64,000 nt of DNA from Candidatus Poribacteria bacterium. Its GTDB lineage: Bacteria > Poribacteria > WGA-4E > PCPOR2b. The stretch lies in contig OZ240245.1 of NCBI GenBank assembly GCA_965198175.1, positions 1,600,001 to 1,664,000 on the forward strand. The letters are read 5' to 3'. This document shows, in pieces, positions 30,775 to 40,064 of this stretch. Every line of letters begins with the position of its first letter. The stretch's first letter is position 1. Under the pieces are notes generated by a model. The model saw nothing but the letters and a program-made list of their open reading frames with translations. It was not told the origin of the DNA and did no database searches. The position numbers were made by a program, and so were the translations under genes.

Positions 30775-32105
30775 TTAAGGCTTTTCAAAACGCTTTGAAA
30801 ATTCCGGAATTACGCAAGCGACTGTTTTTCACGGCAATGTTGTTAATTGTTTATCGATTGGGTGCTCACATTACCCTGCCCGGGATTGATGATGCGGCAC
30901 TGAAAGATTTCTTTGAAGCGTTAAAGGAACGCACAGGTGGAATGATTGGACTCGTAGATCTGTTTTCCGGGGGTGCGTTCGCCCAAATGACCATATTTGC
31001 ACTTGGTATTCAGCCGTACATCAGCTCTATGATTATCATGCAGCTTCTCACTGTAGTTATTCCCTCACTTGAGAAGCTTTCTAAAGAACCGGATGGACGT
31101 AAAAAGATTACGCAATATACGCGTTACGGAACCGTCATTCTGAGCCTTGTTCAAGGACTCACAATTAGCTTTATATTGCTCAACCCCGGAGCTATTGTCG
31201 GTTTAGATAGAACAATCGTAACGAATCCGGGTTGGATGTTCCATTTCGTGACTGTCATTACCCTGATGGCAGGTACAGCTTTTGTTATGTGGCTTGGTGA
31301 GCAGATTACAGAGCGGGGGATTGGGCAAGGCATTTCGCTAATCATTACGATTGGCATCCTGGCAGGCATGCCGGGCGGAGCAAGTACGTTATTCGATCGT
31401 CTATTTAGCGATCCAAGATTTGGACTGCCTCAACTAGCTATATTCTTGGTTTTAGCTATCATAGCCATCATGGGAACAGTCTATATTCAACTGGCCGTTC
31501 GTAAGATTCCCGTTCAGTATGCGCGGCGAGTGGTTGGACGTAAGGTATTCGGAGGTCAAACAACGCATTTACCCCTTCGTGTCAACGCTGCCGGTATGAT
31601 TCCGATTATTTTCGCCGTGACGCTGATCCAATTTCCTTCGACCGCTTTGGGTTTTCTGCCGCAAACATGGGGCTGGGTTGACGACGTGGGACGCGTTTTC
31701 AGTTCAGGAAGCCCCTTATATATGATTACCTATGCACTTCTGATTGTGGGTTTCACCTTTTTCTACACCGCTGTCCAGATAAATCCGGTTCAGATGGCTG
31801 AAGATTTGAAAAAATACGGTGGATTTATTCCAGGGATTCGTCCGGGGAAGCGGACAGCGGAGTATGTAAACGACACTTTAACTAGGATTACTTTGCCGGG
31901 CGCGCTCTTTCTTGCAGGCATTGCTGTTATTCCGATTATTTTCCAGTCGGGGCTCGGTGTTGGAACATTGATTGAAGGTGCCTCAATCTTGATTGTTGTA
32001 GGCGTTGTTTTGGACACAATGTCTCAAATCGAGTCCTACCTAACCATGAGACATTATGAAGGATTTCTGAGAGATAGACGTATGAGAGGACGCCGTTCAA
32101 GATAA
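30771..32105 (+). CDS. secY: Preprotein translocase subunit SecY
   Basis: IFALGIQPYI, WLGEQITERGIG, RKIPVQYA, GGFIPGIRPG. Confidence 0.99.
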   Translation: MIKAFQNALKIPELRKRLFFTAMLLIVYRLGAHITLPGIDDAALKDFFEALKERTGGMIGLVDLFSGGAFAQMTIFALGIQPYISSMIIMQLLTVVIPSLEKLSKEPDGRKKITQYTRYGTVILSLVQGLTISFILLNPGAIVGLDRTIVTNPGWMFHFVTVITLMAGTAFVMWLGEQITERGIGQGISLIITIGILAGMPGGASTLFDRLFSDPRFGLPQLAIFLVLAIIAIMGTVYIQLAVRKIPVQYARRVVGRKVFGGQTTHLPLRVNAAGMIPIIFAVTLIQFPSTALGFLPQTWGWVDDVGRVFSSGSPLYMITYALLIVGFTFFYTAVQINPVQMAEDLKKYGGFIPGIRPGKRTAEYVNDTLTRITLPGALFLAGIAVIPIIFQSGLGVGTLIEGASILIVVGVVLDTMSQIESYLTMRHYEGFLRDRRMRGRRSR

Positions 32106-32183
32106 GTACCTTTGGCAGCACAACCTATTTTCATACATCGTTTGTTGACTAAATCTGAACGTCAGCATAGGAAGGGGAGTGTG

Positions 32184-32300
32184 ATGAAAGTCCGCGCTTC
32201 AGTTAAGAAAATATGTAATAAATGTAAAGTTATCAAGAGAAAAGGGATTGTCCGGGTGATTTGCCCTGCAAATCCAAAGCACAAACAGAGACAAGGATAG
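32184..32300 (+). CDS. rpmJ: 50S ribosomal protein L36 (zinc type)
   Basis: [14 protein letters not shown]...[15 protein letters not shown]. Confidence 0.99.
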   Translation: MKVRASVKKICNKCKVIKRKGIVRVICPANPKHKQRQG

Positions 32301-32428
32301 CTTTGTTAGCGTTAGGCGATGTAAGACTTAAGTAATTAAGCAGTTGCTGTTTTATCTCAAGATTTCACAATCCGTTTCGGTCTTGGGAGTATGTCAATAG
32401 AATCTTCAATCCATTGAGGAGGAAAACC

Positions 32429-32824
32429 GTGGCAAGGATTGCCGGTGTCGATTTGCCCCGAAACAAAAGAATTGATATTGCCCTCACGCACATTTATGGA
32501 ATTGGTCGTAGCACCGCAGCCAACATGGTAGAGGAATTGCAAATCCATCCTGCGACAAAATCAGAAGATCTCACTGAGGACGAAATCAGCCGTTTGAGAA
32601 ACAACCTCGGCCAAGATTACAAAGTTGAAGGAGATCTCAGGCGTGAAATCGAGCTAAATATTAAAAGATTGGTAGACATCAACAGTTATCGTGGGTTGCG
32701 TCATCGTCGGCAGCTACCTGTTCGAGGGCAACGCACGAGTACAAATGCGCGCACCCGCAAAGGAAGAGCAAGAACAGTTTCAGTTGGTAGGAAGGCAAAA
32801 GAAGCCGCGCGTAAAGGTGGCTGA
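32429..32824 (+). CDS. rpsM: 30S ribosomal protein S13
   Basis: GTG start after [39 protein letters not shown]. Confidence 0.99.
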   Translation: MARIAGVDLPRNKRIDIALTHIYGIGRSTAANMVEELQIHPATKSEDLTEDEISRLRNNLGQDYKVEGDLRREIELNIKRLVDINSYRGLRHRRQLPVRGQRTSTNARTRKGRARTVSVGRKAKEAARKGG

Positions 32825-32904
32825 TACCCATCCAAAACTCGTGGACAATCAGGTATTATGAGATTTTATGATGTAAAATTCCAAATTTAATAAGGAGTTT
32901 ACTC

Positions 32905-33273
32905 TTGAGAAAAAGGAAAGAAAAGAAAGACGTTCCTGAAGGAATTGCCCACATTCAAGCAACCTTTAATAACACGATTGTTACGATTACAGATCCAAAT
33001 GGTCATACAATCGCGTGGGCAAGTGCAGGGATGAACTTCCGTGGCTCCAGAAAGTCTACACCGTTTGCTGCGCAGCAGACAGCGGAGGCCGTCGCGAAGA
33101 AAGCGATGGAACATGGTGTGAAACGTGTTGAAGTTCGTGTGAAAGGACCAGGCGCCGGTAGAGAATCCACAATTCGAGCACTTTCATCCGCCGGATTGGA
33201 AATTACCTCCTTGAAAGATGTCACTCCAATTCCCCATAATGGTTGCCGTCCTCCCAAACGTCGTCGCGTTTAA
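32905..33273 (+). CDS. rpsK: 30S ribosomal protein S11
   Basis: [33 protein letters not shown]. Confidence 0.99.
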   Translation: MRKRKEKKDVPEGIAHIQATFNNTIVTITDPNGHTIAWASAGMNFRGSRKSTPFAAQQTAEAVAKKAMEHGVKRVEVRVKGPGAGRESTIRALSSAGLEITSLKDVTPIPHNGCRPPKRRRV

Positions 33274-33315
33274 ATGAATTTTAGATATTCAGAAACTTAA
33301 CTTCAGAGAGTAAGG

Positions 33316-33942
33316 ATGAGCAGATATTTAGATTCGGTCTGTAAATTATGTCGTAGAGAAGGGGAAAAGCTCTTTTTGAAAGGGCCACGTTGCCATTCCC
33401 CGAAATGTTCGTTTGAACGTCGTGCCTACCCGCCCGGTGAACATGGTCAAAAGTCAAGCAAGGTCAAGGAGTATGGGCGACAATTACGTGAAAAACAGAA
33501 AGGCAAGCGCATTTACGGTATCTTAGAGAAACAATTTAGAAGATACTATTTGAAAGCGGTGCGTCAAAAAGGGATTGTCGGACAAAATCTAATTGTACTC
33601 TTGGAACGTCGGTTAGATAATCTGGTTTATCGCCTAGGTTTTGCAAGTTCACGTTCACAGGCACGGCAACTCGTTAAACACAACCACTTCCTTGTGAACG
33701 GAAAACGGGCTAATATTCCCTCCTACTTGGTACCCATTGGGGGTGTCATTCAAGTCCGGGAAAAGAGTCGTAATTTAGCGGTCATTGGTGAAGCCTTAGA
33801 ACTTGCTCAACACAAAGGGACACCAGATTGGCTAGAACTGAATGTTGATAAACAGGAGGGAGTTGTGCGGGCATTTCCCAAGGTAGAGCAAGTTGCTGCC
33901 AACCTCCAAACACAACTGATTGTTGAGCTTTATTCCAAGTAA
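33316..33942 (+). CDS. rpsD: 30S ribosomal protein S4 (zinc type)
   Basis: [16 protein letters not shown]...C, PGEHG, LERRLDN, IVELYSK. Confidence 0.99.
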   Translation: MSRYLDSVCKLCRREGEKLFLKGPRCHSPKCSFERRAYPPGEHGQKSSKVKEYGRQLREKQKGKRIYGILEKQFRRYYLKAVRQKGIVGQNLIVLLERRLDNLVYRLGFASSRSQARQLVKHNHFLVNGKRANIPSYLVPIGGVIQVREKSRNLAVIGEALELAQHKGTPDWLELNVDKQEGVVRAFPKVEQVAANLQTQLIVELYSK

Positions 33943-33963
33943 TGATGCAGGGAGATTAAATTG

Positions 33964-34944
33964 ATGACGGGTTGGGAAATTACTAAGCCGCAGCGTCTTG
34001 TTGCAGATTTGGACACTTTGAGGGCTGATTATGGAAAATTCATTGCTGAACCGCTTGCAAGAGGATTTGGGATTACACTCGGCAATGCTCTGAGGCGGGT
34101 ATTATTGTCATCGCTTGAAGGCGCAGCGATTGTCACTGTTGCCATTGAAAATATTAAGCATGAATATTCGACAATCGAAGGGGTTAGGGAAGATATCGTT
34201 AAGATTCTCCTTAACCTCAAAGAGATTAGGTTCCATGTCTATTCCGAAGAGATTATTACATTGCGATTGTTTGCAGAAGGCTCATCTGAGGTTACTGCAG
34301 CGGATATCCAGCCGAATAGTCAGATTGATATTATCAACCCGGATCAACACATTGCAACACTAGATAAGTGTGATGGTTTGAACATGGAAATGCAAGTGTG
34401 TAAAGGGCGTGGTTACGCACTTTCTGAGGAGCATTTGAGTCCGAATCAACCGATTGGCGTTATTCCACTTGATGCCCAATTTTCTCCTGTCAAGAAAGTG
34501 AATTTCCATGTTGAAGAAACGCGGGTTGGACACATGACAAATTTTGATCGCCTCATCTTGGAGGTATGGACAGACGCGAGTCTCACGGCAAAAGAGGTGG
34601 TGACGCAGGCGGCAGAAATATTACTAGATCAGCTGCGGCTATTTAGTGATTTCGATGAAACTTATGTTGAGCCTGTTATTGAAATTGATGAAGAGAAGAT
34701 TCAACGCGACAAATATTTATCGAAACCTGTTGCAGAGCTAGAACTTTCAGTGCGTTCCGCCAATTGCTTGGAAGCTGCCAAGATCGTAGCCATCCGAGAT
34801 CTAGTGCACAAAACCGAGCAAGAAATGCTCAAGTACCGCAATTTTGGCAGAAAATCTTTAAATGAGATTAAGGATATTCTTGCAAGTATGGGACTCTCTT
34901 TGGGAATGGTTCTTGATGATGGAAATGATGAGAGAGGTGAGTAG
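33964..34944 (+). CDS. rpoA: RNA polymerase alpha subunit
   Basis: [41 protein letters not shown]. Confidence 0.99.
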   Translation: MTGWEITKPQRLVADLDTLRADYGKFIAEPLARGFGITLGNALRRVLLSSLEGAAIVTVAIENIKHEYSTIEGVREDIVKILLNLKEIRFHVYSEEIITLRLFAEGSSEVTAADIQPNSQIDIINPDQHIATLDKCDGLNMEMQVCKGRGYALSEEHLSPNQPIGVIPLDAQFSPVKKVNFHVEETRVGHMTNFDRLILEVWTDASLTAKEVVTQAAEILLDQLRLFSDFDETYVEPVIEIDEEKIQRDKYLSKPVAELELSVRSANCLEAAKIVAIRDLVHKTEQEMLKYRNFGRKSLNEIKDILASMGLSLGMVLDDGNDERGE

Positions 34945-34946
34945 TC

Positions 34947-35303
34947 ATGCGTCATAGAAAGAGCGGACGAAAACTTGGCAGAACGAGTAGCCATCGTAAG
35001 GCTCTGTACAGTAACCAAGCAACGGCTCTATTTGAACATGAGCAGATTCGAACTACATTGCCCAAGTGCAAGGAACTCAGGCGAATTGCTGAAAAGTTGA
35101 TTACGTTAGCCAAACGAGGTGACCTGCACGCACGCCGTCAAGTTGCTCGTGTCATCCACGATCATTACATTTTGCAGAAGTTGTTTGATGAGATTGGCCC
35201 ACGTTATGAGACCCGAAATGGTGGCTATACTCGCATCATTCGAGGTGAGTTAAGAGGTGGCGATGACGCCCAGATGGCTTATATCAGTTTAGTTGATGAG
35301 TAG
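34947..35303 (+). CDS. rplQ: 50S ribosomal protein L17
   Basis: [27 protein letters not shown]. Confidence 0.99.
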   Translation: MRHRKSGRKLGRTSSHRKALYSNQATALFEHEQIRTTLPKCKELRRIAEKLITLAKRGDLHARRQVARVIHDHYILQKLFDEIGPRYETRNGGYTRIIRGELRGGDDAQMAYISLVDE

Positions 35304-35455
35304 GGTATACAGCACAGTTGCTACCTTCCACGACCTCCTTACTTCTATAACTGTTCGACCGGTTCCTTCCCCCCTTATATTTGTGCCTCGGTGTGTCCGC
35401 TAATTCGCGCCAAGTTTCTTGAGGCCGCTAGCTAGCCTAGCTTTACGCCAAATGT

Positions 35456-38400
35456 CTACAATCCTCTCTGTGTTTGCTTAGATAACGCCTTAAAATACTG
35501 CTCAATCAATCCACGATACTGAGGTGGAAACCCTTCTCGCCCACCAGACTTGAGGGCGGATTCAAGATAGTGTATTTGCTCTAGCAGTTTGGAATCGAGT
35601 GGTGGTGCATCTGTTGTGGAATCCGTCGGTTTTTTCGCGACCTCGCTTTTGCGCTTTTTGCTAATCTCTCGTTTCTGTAACGATTTGGAACTTTCGAGCA
35701 TTCGGGTTAGAATCTGTCGCTGTTTTTCCAACACGCGTTGGTTCAAGTCTCCCCGCTTGAGTTCTGCTTCCACCTCTTTCATTTCATCGGAAACACTATT
35801 GAGATCGCCGAGTACCTGTGACATCTTTTCCATCATTTCAGCCAACCGTTCGGTCGCTTCACGAATCATCTGCTGCTCGTAAGCCAAACGATTAAGCAAC
35901 TGTCCCATCTCGGGTGTCCGTCCTTGCTGCCGCATCTGCTCATGCAGATTTTGAGCCATCTCATTCAGTGTTTCCTGATTCTGTGCTAGTTCCTGAAGTT
36001 GCTCCAACATATTCTGTAATCCTGCCATATTCATCTGTTGGTTCATTTGGTCTATTGCTTTGAGGAGATCTGAGATAGCTTGGTTGAGATCCGCCAATCC
36101 CTGCTTCTGGATGGGAGTTGCCAAACTCGGTTTTCGATCTTCTAACGCACGCGCCGATCTCTCAAGGGCATCGCTTGCGGCTTTGAGCCTCAAGACGATT
36201 TTCAGATCGATTTGCATCTGTTCCTTGCCTAATTCCCAGAGTCGGCTGGCAAGGTCATAGATGCCCGCCCCAATGCTCAACTCGCTCGCTGCAAATCGCT
36301 GTAATCGCTTGATTTCCAATTCAATATAACGTCCATGTCCCGATTGCAAGAGTTCGTCGGTTCCATCAATCACCTTCTCGTGGAGATGGGAGAGATAGAG
36401 ACCGTCACGCACGGCTTCTCGCATAGCAGCTAAAGCTACATCAGCATTCGCCCCCATGAACTCTATCGCGTTGTCTAATCCTTGCGCGAGTTCATTCAAT
36501 CCTTGTTGCGCCTGCTGTCCTGGCATCATGGAAGCTTGCATGCGAGAGCGCCGAATTTGTGAACTGGCGGATTGGAGTTTTTGAGCGATTTCCTGCTCTC
36601 GTGTATTCTGATTTAGCCGCTTTATTTCATCGGCAACACGTTGCAGATTCCCCCGTGTCGACATTTGTTCGCCTAGTTCATCAAGCGCTTCCTGCAGGGA
36701 TTCCAATCCTTCCATAACGCGATGTTCTTGTTTGGCGAGATCCCCCGACCTCATTTCCATCCCTTCACCGTTTTGATTGGCTTGGTTCATCAAATCTTTT
36801 ACCGCATCCATCAAGCGTTTCTGACGTTCAGCAAGTTCCATTGCACGCTTTGCCGCCGCTTCCAGTTGCTGCTCAAGAATCATCTGCTGATAGAGTTCTT
36901 TCAATCGATTCAGTTGCTGAAGCAGTTGTTCTTGGTTAAAATTGGCTTCCATCAATTTTCTTTCTTGTTCGGACAACTCTCGCTGCTGCAACGCTTCAGA
37001 CAACTTACGCAGAAGTTCCTTATGCGTTTCTGACAGCGCTTGTTCCATCAGTCCTCGCAATTCCTGATACTCCTGCACGGTCTGCAATTCAAATAACTGA
37101 TTCTTTTCCATCTGCTCGGCAGTTTGCTTCATCTCTTCGATCAGATCTTTTGAGGTTTTCTCAATTTGTTTCTGAGTCTCAAACACCTGTTGTACTAACT
37201 TTTCATCCTTGAGAGTAAGCTGCTGGCTCTTGCGAATCTTGTCCAATAGGTCATTGATTGTCGCTGTCACTTCAGCTTGCTCATTAAACAAGGCTTCGAG
37301 TCCTTGATGTTCGAACTCCTGCTCAGCCTCAATTGCTTCATATAGTTCTGCAATGGACGGAAAACGGATTGAGTAGGTGTTGGATTTTCCTACCTTTGGC
37401 CCCGTGATATCATCTGAGTCGATTGCTTCGACATGATAAGAAACGACATCTTCAGGAAATAGCCCAATTGAATCAATATCCCAGCTAAAATCGATGTAGG
37501 CGGCTGTTTGGGGCGGATTGCAAGTTTTCAGAGGGACAATCGTATTACTTTCATTTTCCCCTTCAACCCTATAGACTAGGCGAATCTCTTGCACCCCATA
37601 GTCATCTTCAGCATCAATCTGGAGATTTACAGTCATGGTTTCATCAAGGGTGACATCTTTCCCGGGCTCAACGATTTCAATCTTCGGTTCGGCATCCTTG
37701 ATTGTATGAATCGTGTAAACAATCGGCTGTGAATTCGAAATGCCATCGGCGTCAATCAGTTCGATATGGTATTTTTCGCTGTGTTGGACAATGAAACTCC
37801 CGATTAATCGGTTATCGTCTAAAACTTTGAGTTTGACAGCCGGTGATTGCTCAAAGACCAACATCGCCGAAGCGAGGGATTTACTGCTTGCTCCATCGAA
37901 CTGCACTTCGGTACCAATGAGCGTGCTGACATCGCCGAAATTTTCTTCCAAAACCTGCGGAGAGAGTTGAGTGTATTTGGGATAGCTGAGTTTAAGCTGA
38001 AAACGGCTAACGATTGGATCGCGCGCAACGGTAATTCGGTGGTGCTCTGATTCGGCTTCTTTCTCCTTGATGTAGTATTCCATTGACTGCGTGACATTTT
38101 TGAGTGTAATGTGATAGCCAGTCTCCGTATCGTTTTGCTCCATTAAAATGGAACGCCATTTCTCGGCGGGTGAAACAGGCTGTTCAGTCCGCTGATTCGT
38201 CGGATTCAGAGCTTGTATTACATGATAGTAAAGATATACTGAGGCACCGAGATGTCCGGTCACCTTCGCTGAGATAGTGATATCTGCTCCAGATTCAACG
38301 AGTATATTTCCCGGCTCGATTTCATCGATTTGGGCGACAACAACTTCTTGGGGTGGGTTGGGAAGTTCATTGAATGCCTGCACGAAATTTTTCAAAGCTG

Positions 38401-38938
38401 CGGGGAAAATAAGGTTAACCAGAATCAGTAAAACCAATGCGCCCACGGCTAATCCAGCGTTTTTCTTGATACTGATTAATTCCTTCTCAAAAACTTGCTT
38501 TGTTTTGATTCGATCGAGCGATTGATGTGCCTGTTCGATAAGCTTTTCGATGAATCCCAAGGCGTACCCAAAACGGTTATGCTCCAACTCCGGCTTGAGT
38601 TGAACCGCACTCAATAGACGGTTTTCAAAGCTAGAATTACTGGTCTCAACATATGCCGCTACACTATTATTGGTAAGTCTTTGAAAAATCGGGCGGATTA
38701 GATAGCGAAACGCTGTATAGGCGGTAATGACTAGCCATAGTAACACAAGCCCAACACGTGGAAGACGCGGCAATTGCATGAGCGAATCAGTCACGAGCAC
38801 AGTAGCAAGGCTTATGGCGAGCACAGCAAGCCATCGCAATAAACTATGAGATACAAGCAACAATCTCCACTGAGTTCGCAGCAGTTGGAGTCGATTAATG
38901 ATTACTTCATAGGACTGATTAGTGGTTCGATTTGACAT
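35456..38938 (-). CDS. Large membrane-anchored coiled-coil protein, DUF4175-like
   Basis: 3 N-terminal TMs with RLLSAVQL, Ig-like beta region (YPKYT), long Q/E-rich coiled coil, C-terminal PPQYRGLIEQYFKAL. Confidence 0.75.
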   Translation of the reverse strand: MSNRTTNQSYEVIINRLQLLRTQWRLLLVSHSLLRWLAVLAISLATVLVTDSLMQLPRLPRVGLVLLWLVITAYTAFRYLIRPIFQRLTNNSVAAYVETSNSSFENRLLSAVQLKPELEHNRFGYALGFIEKLIEQAHQSLDRIKTKQVFEKELISIKKNAGLAVGALVLLILVNLIFPAALKNFVQAFNELPNPPQEVVVAQIDEIEPGNILVESGADITISAKVTGHLGASVYLYYHVIQALNPTNQRTEQPVSPAEKWRSILMEQNDTETGYHITLKNVTQSMEYYIKEKEAESEHHRITVARDPIVSRFQLKLSYPKYTQLSPQVLEENFGDVSTLIGTEVQFDGASSKSLASAMLVFEQSPAVKLKVLDDNRLIGSFIVQHSEKYHIELIDADGISNSQPIVYTIHTIKDAEPKIEIVEPGKDVTLDETMTVNLQIDAEDDYGVQEIRLVYRVEGENESNTIVPLKTCNPPQTAAYIDFSWDIDSIGLFPEDVVSYHVEAIDSDDITGPKVGKSNTYSIRFPSIAELYEAIEAEQEFEHQGLEALFNEQAEVTATINDLLDKIRKSQQLTLKDEKLVQQVFETQKQIEKTSKDLIEEMKQTAEQMEKNQLFELQTVQEYQELRGLMEQALSETHKELLRKLSEALQQRELSEQERKLMEANFNQEQLLQQLNRLKELYQQMILEQQLEAAAKRAMELAERQKRLMDAVKDLMNQANQNGEGMEMRSGDLAKQEHRVMEGLESLQEALDELGEQMSTRGNLQRVADEIKRLNQNTREQEIAQKLQSASSQIRRSRMQASMMPGQQAQQGLNELAQGLDNAIEFMGANADVALAAMREAVRDGLYLSHLHEKVIDGTDELLQSGHGRYIELEIKRLQRFAASELSIGAGIYDLASRLWELGKEQMQIDLKIVLRLKAASDALERSARALEDRKPSLATPIQKQGLADLNQAISDLLKAIDQMNQQMNMAGLQNMLEQLQELAQNQETLNEMAQNLHEQMRQQGRTPEMGQLLNRLAYEQQMIREATERLAEMMEKMSQVLGDLNSVSDEMKEVEAELKRGDLNQRVLEKQRQILTRMLESSKSLQKREISKKRKSEVAKKPTDSTTDAPPLDSKLLEQIHYLESALKSGGREGFPPQYRGLIEQYFKALSKQTQRGL

Positions 38939-39116
38939 GTTACACCTTCCATGAAATTGAAACGCAGTACATGATGTCCGGTAGATCTTCTAACTTCGCT
39001 TTCGGCGCCATCCCCTTCAAGTCTGTTTTCCATCTTGGTTAATTAGGAGTTGCTTGAATGTTTTTTGATTTCTAAATCGAGTCGACGTACACTCCCGTCA
39101 GGGGTCAAAGCGCAGG

Positions 39117-39155
39117 GAACCTAGGTCAAATTTCCTAATAATTCGACCTAGGTTC
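39117..39155. repeat. Intergenic inverted repeat / stem-loop
   Basis: gaacctaggtc (39117-39127) and gacctaggttc (39145-39155) are a perfect 11-bp inverted repeat; it extends to 16 bp with one G-U pair on the minus strand. Confidence 0.85.
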
Positions 39156-39206
39156 TTTACAATATGTGTTTTGCTTCCCAGCCACCGTTATTCCCTCTCA
39201 TCTCAC

Positions 39207-39884
39207 CTAATGTGTTAGCGCATAAACTGCGATATTAACTGCCATCTTCGCGGCGAGCTGACGAATTTCAGGGGTATCATTGGGATGTACCTCTGAATCT
39301 TCCAGTCCATCCCCGATGTCAGCGCTATAGGCGTAATAAACTACCATTCGCCCCTCGTGAAATAGCCCAAAGCCTTGAGCCGGTTCAGCATCGTGCTCGT
39401 GAATCTTCGGTAAGCCGTTGGCAAAATTGTAAAAACAGTGGTAGATTAGATGCGAATTCGGTATTGGTTGAAGTTTCTGATTCGGGAACACTCGGCGCAT
39501 TTCACGGCGAAAACTCTTATCGAGTCCGTAGTCGTCATTTACGAAGAGAAAGCCGCCGTGCGTTAGGTAAAAGCGCAATGCTTCGACCTCTCTCTCAGTC
39601 AGATGGATATTACCGTGCCCGACAATGTACAGCATTGGGTATTCATATAGGTTTCGATTCGTTAGCTTCACAATCACGCGATCATGGACTGTCTCAATAT
39701 CAGTGTCCCTGCGAAGCCTTTTAAGCCAGTTGCGGATAGCTGTCTGATCTCCGTACCAATCGCCGCCGCCGTCATATTGAACCTGGACTATCACGAATTT
39801 CTCGCCCGCGGCTTGGGTGGATGCGATTAGGACAACTAAACCCAGAAAAAATGTATAGATTGCCTTTTTTCGATTATTATTCAT
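39207..39884 (-). CDS. DUF4159 domain protein (exported)
   Basis: Signal peptide from ATG 39884; YDGGGDWY, YPMLYIVGHG, YLTHGGFLFVND, GLPKIHEHD, DIGDGLED, VNIAVYALT. Confidence 0.9.
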   Translation of the reverse strand: MNNNRKKAIYTFFLGLVVLIASTQAAGEKFVIVQVQYDGGGDWYGDQTAIRNWLKRLRRDTDIETVHDRVIVKLTNRNLYEYPMLYIVGHGNIHLTEREVEALRFYLTHGGFLFVNDDYGLDKSFRREMRRVFPNQKLQPIPNSHLIYHCFYNFANGLPKIHEHDAEPAQGFGLFHEGRMVVYYAYSADIGDGLEDSEVHPNDTPEIRQLAAKMAVNIAVYALTH

Positions 39885-40064
39885 GACGACACTTGTTCTA
39901 TCGAGGTTAATAATGTTTATCACAGTTAAATTGGCGTCTTTACGGCTGTGAAGGTAGCTTCCTACATGCAACTCATGCTCGCATTTTTTTTCCCGATCCA
40001 CGTTCCTTTATTTATTGTCAGTTATCCGCAAATGCAGTGTTTACAAGAAGACTTTCGATTGCAT

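Noticed and set aside
21021..32428. Upstream-extended starts in the ORF track for rpsJ, rplD, rpmC, S14, rplF, rpmJ and rpsM
   Set aside because: Downstream starts match family N-termini and mostly have better SD sequences.
35303..35456. Strand switch as a replication terminus
   Set aside because: Explained by operon orientation; no dif-like site recognised and skew cannot be computed here.
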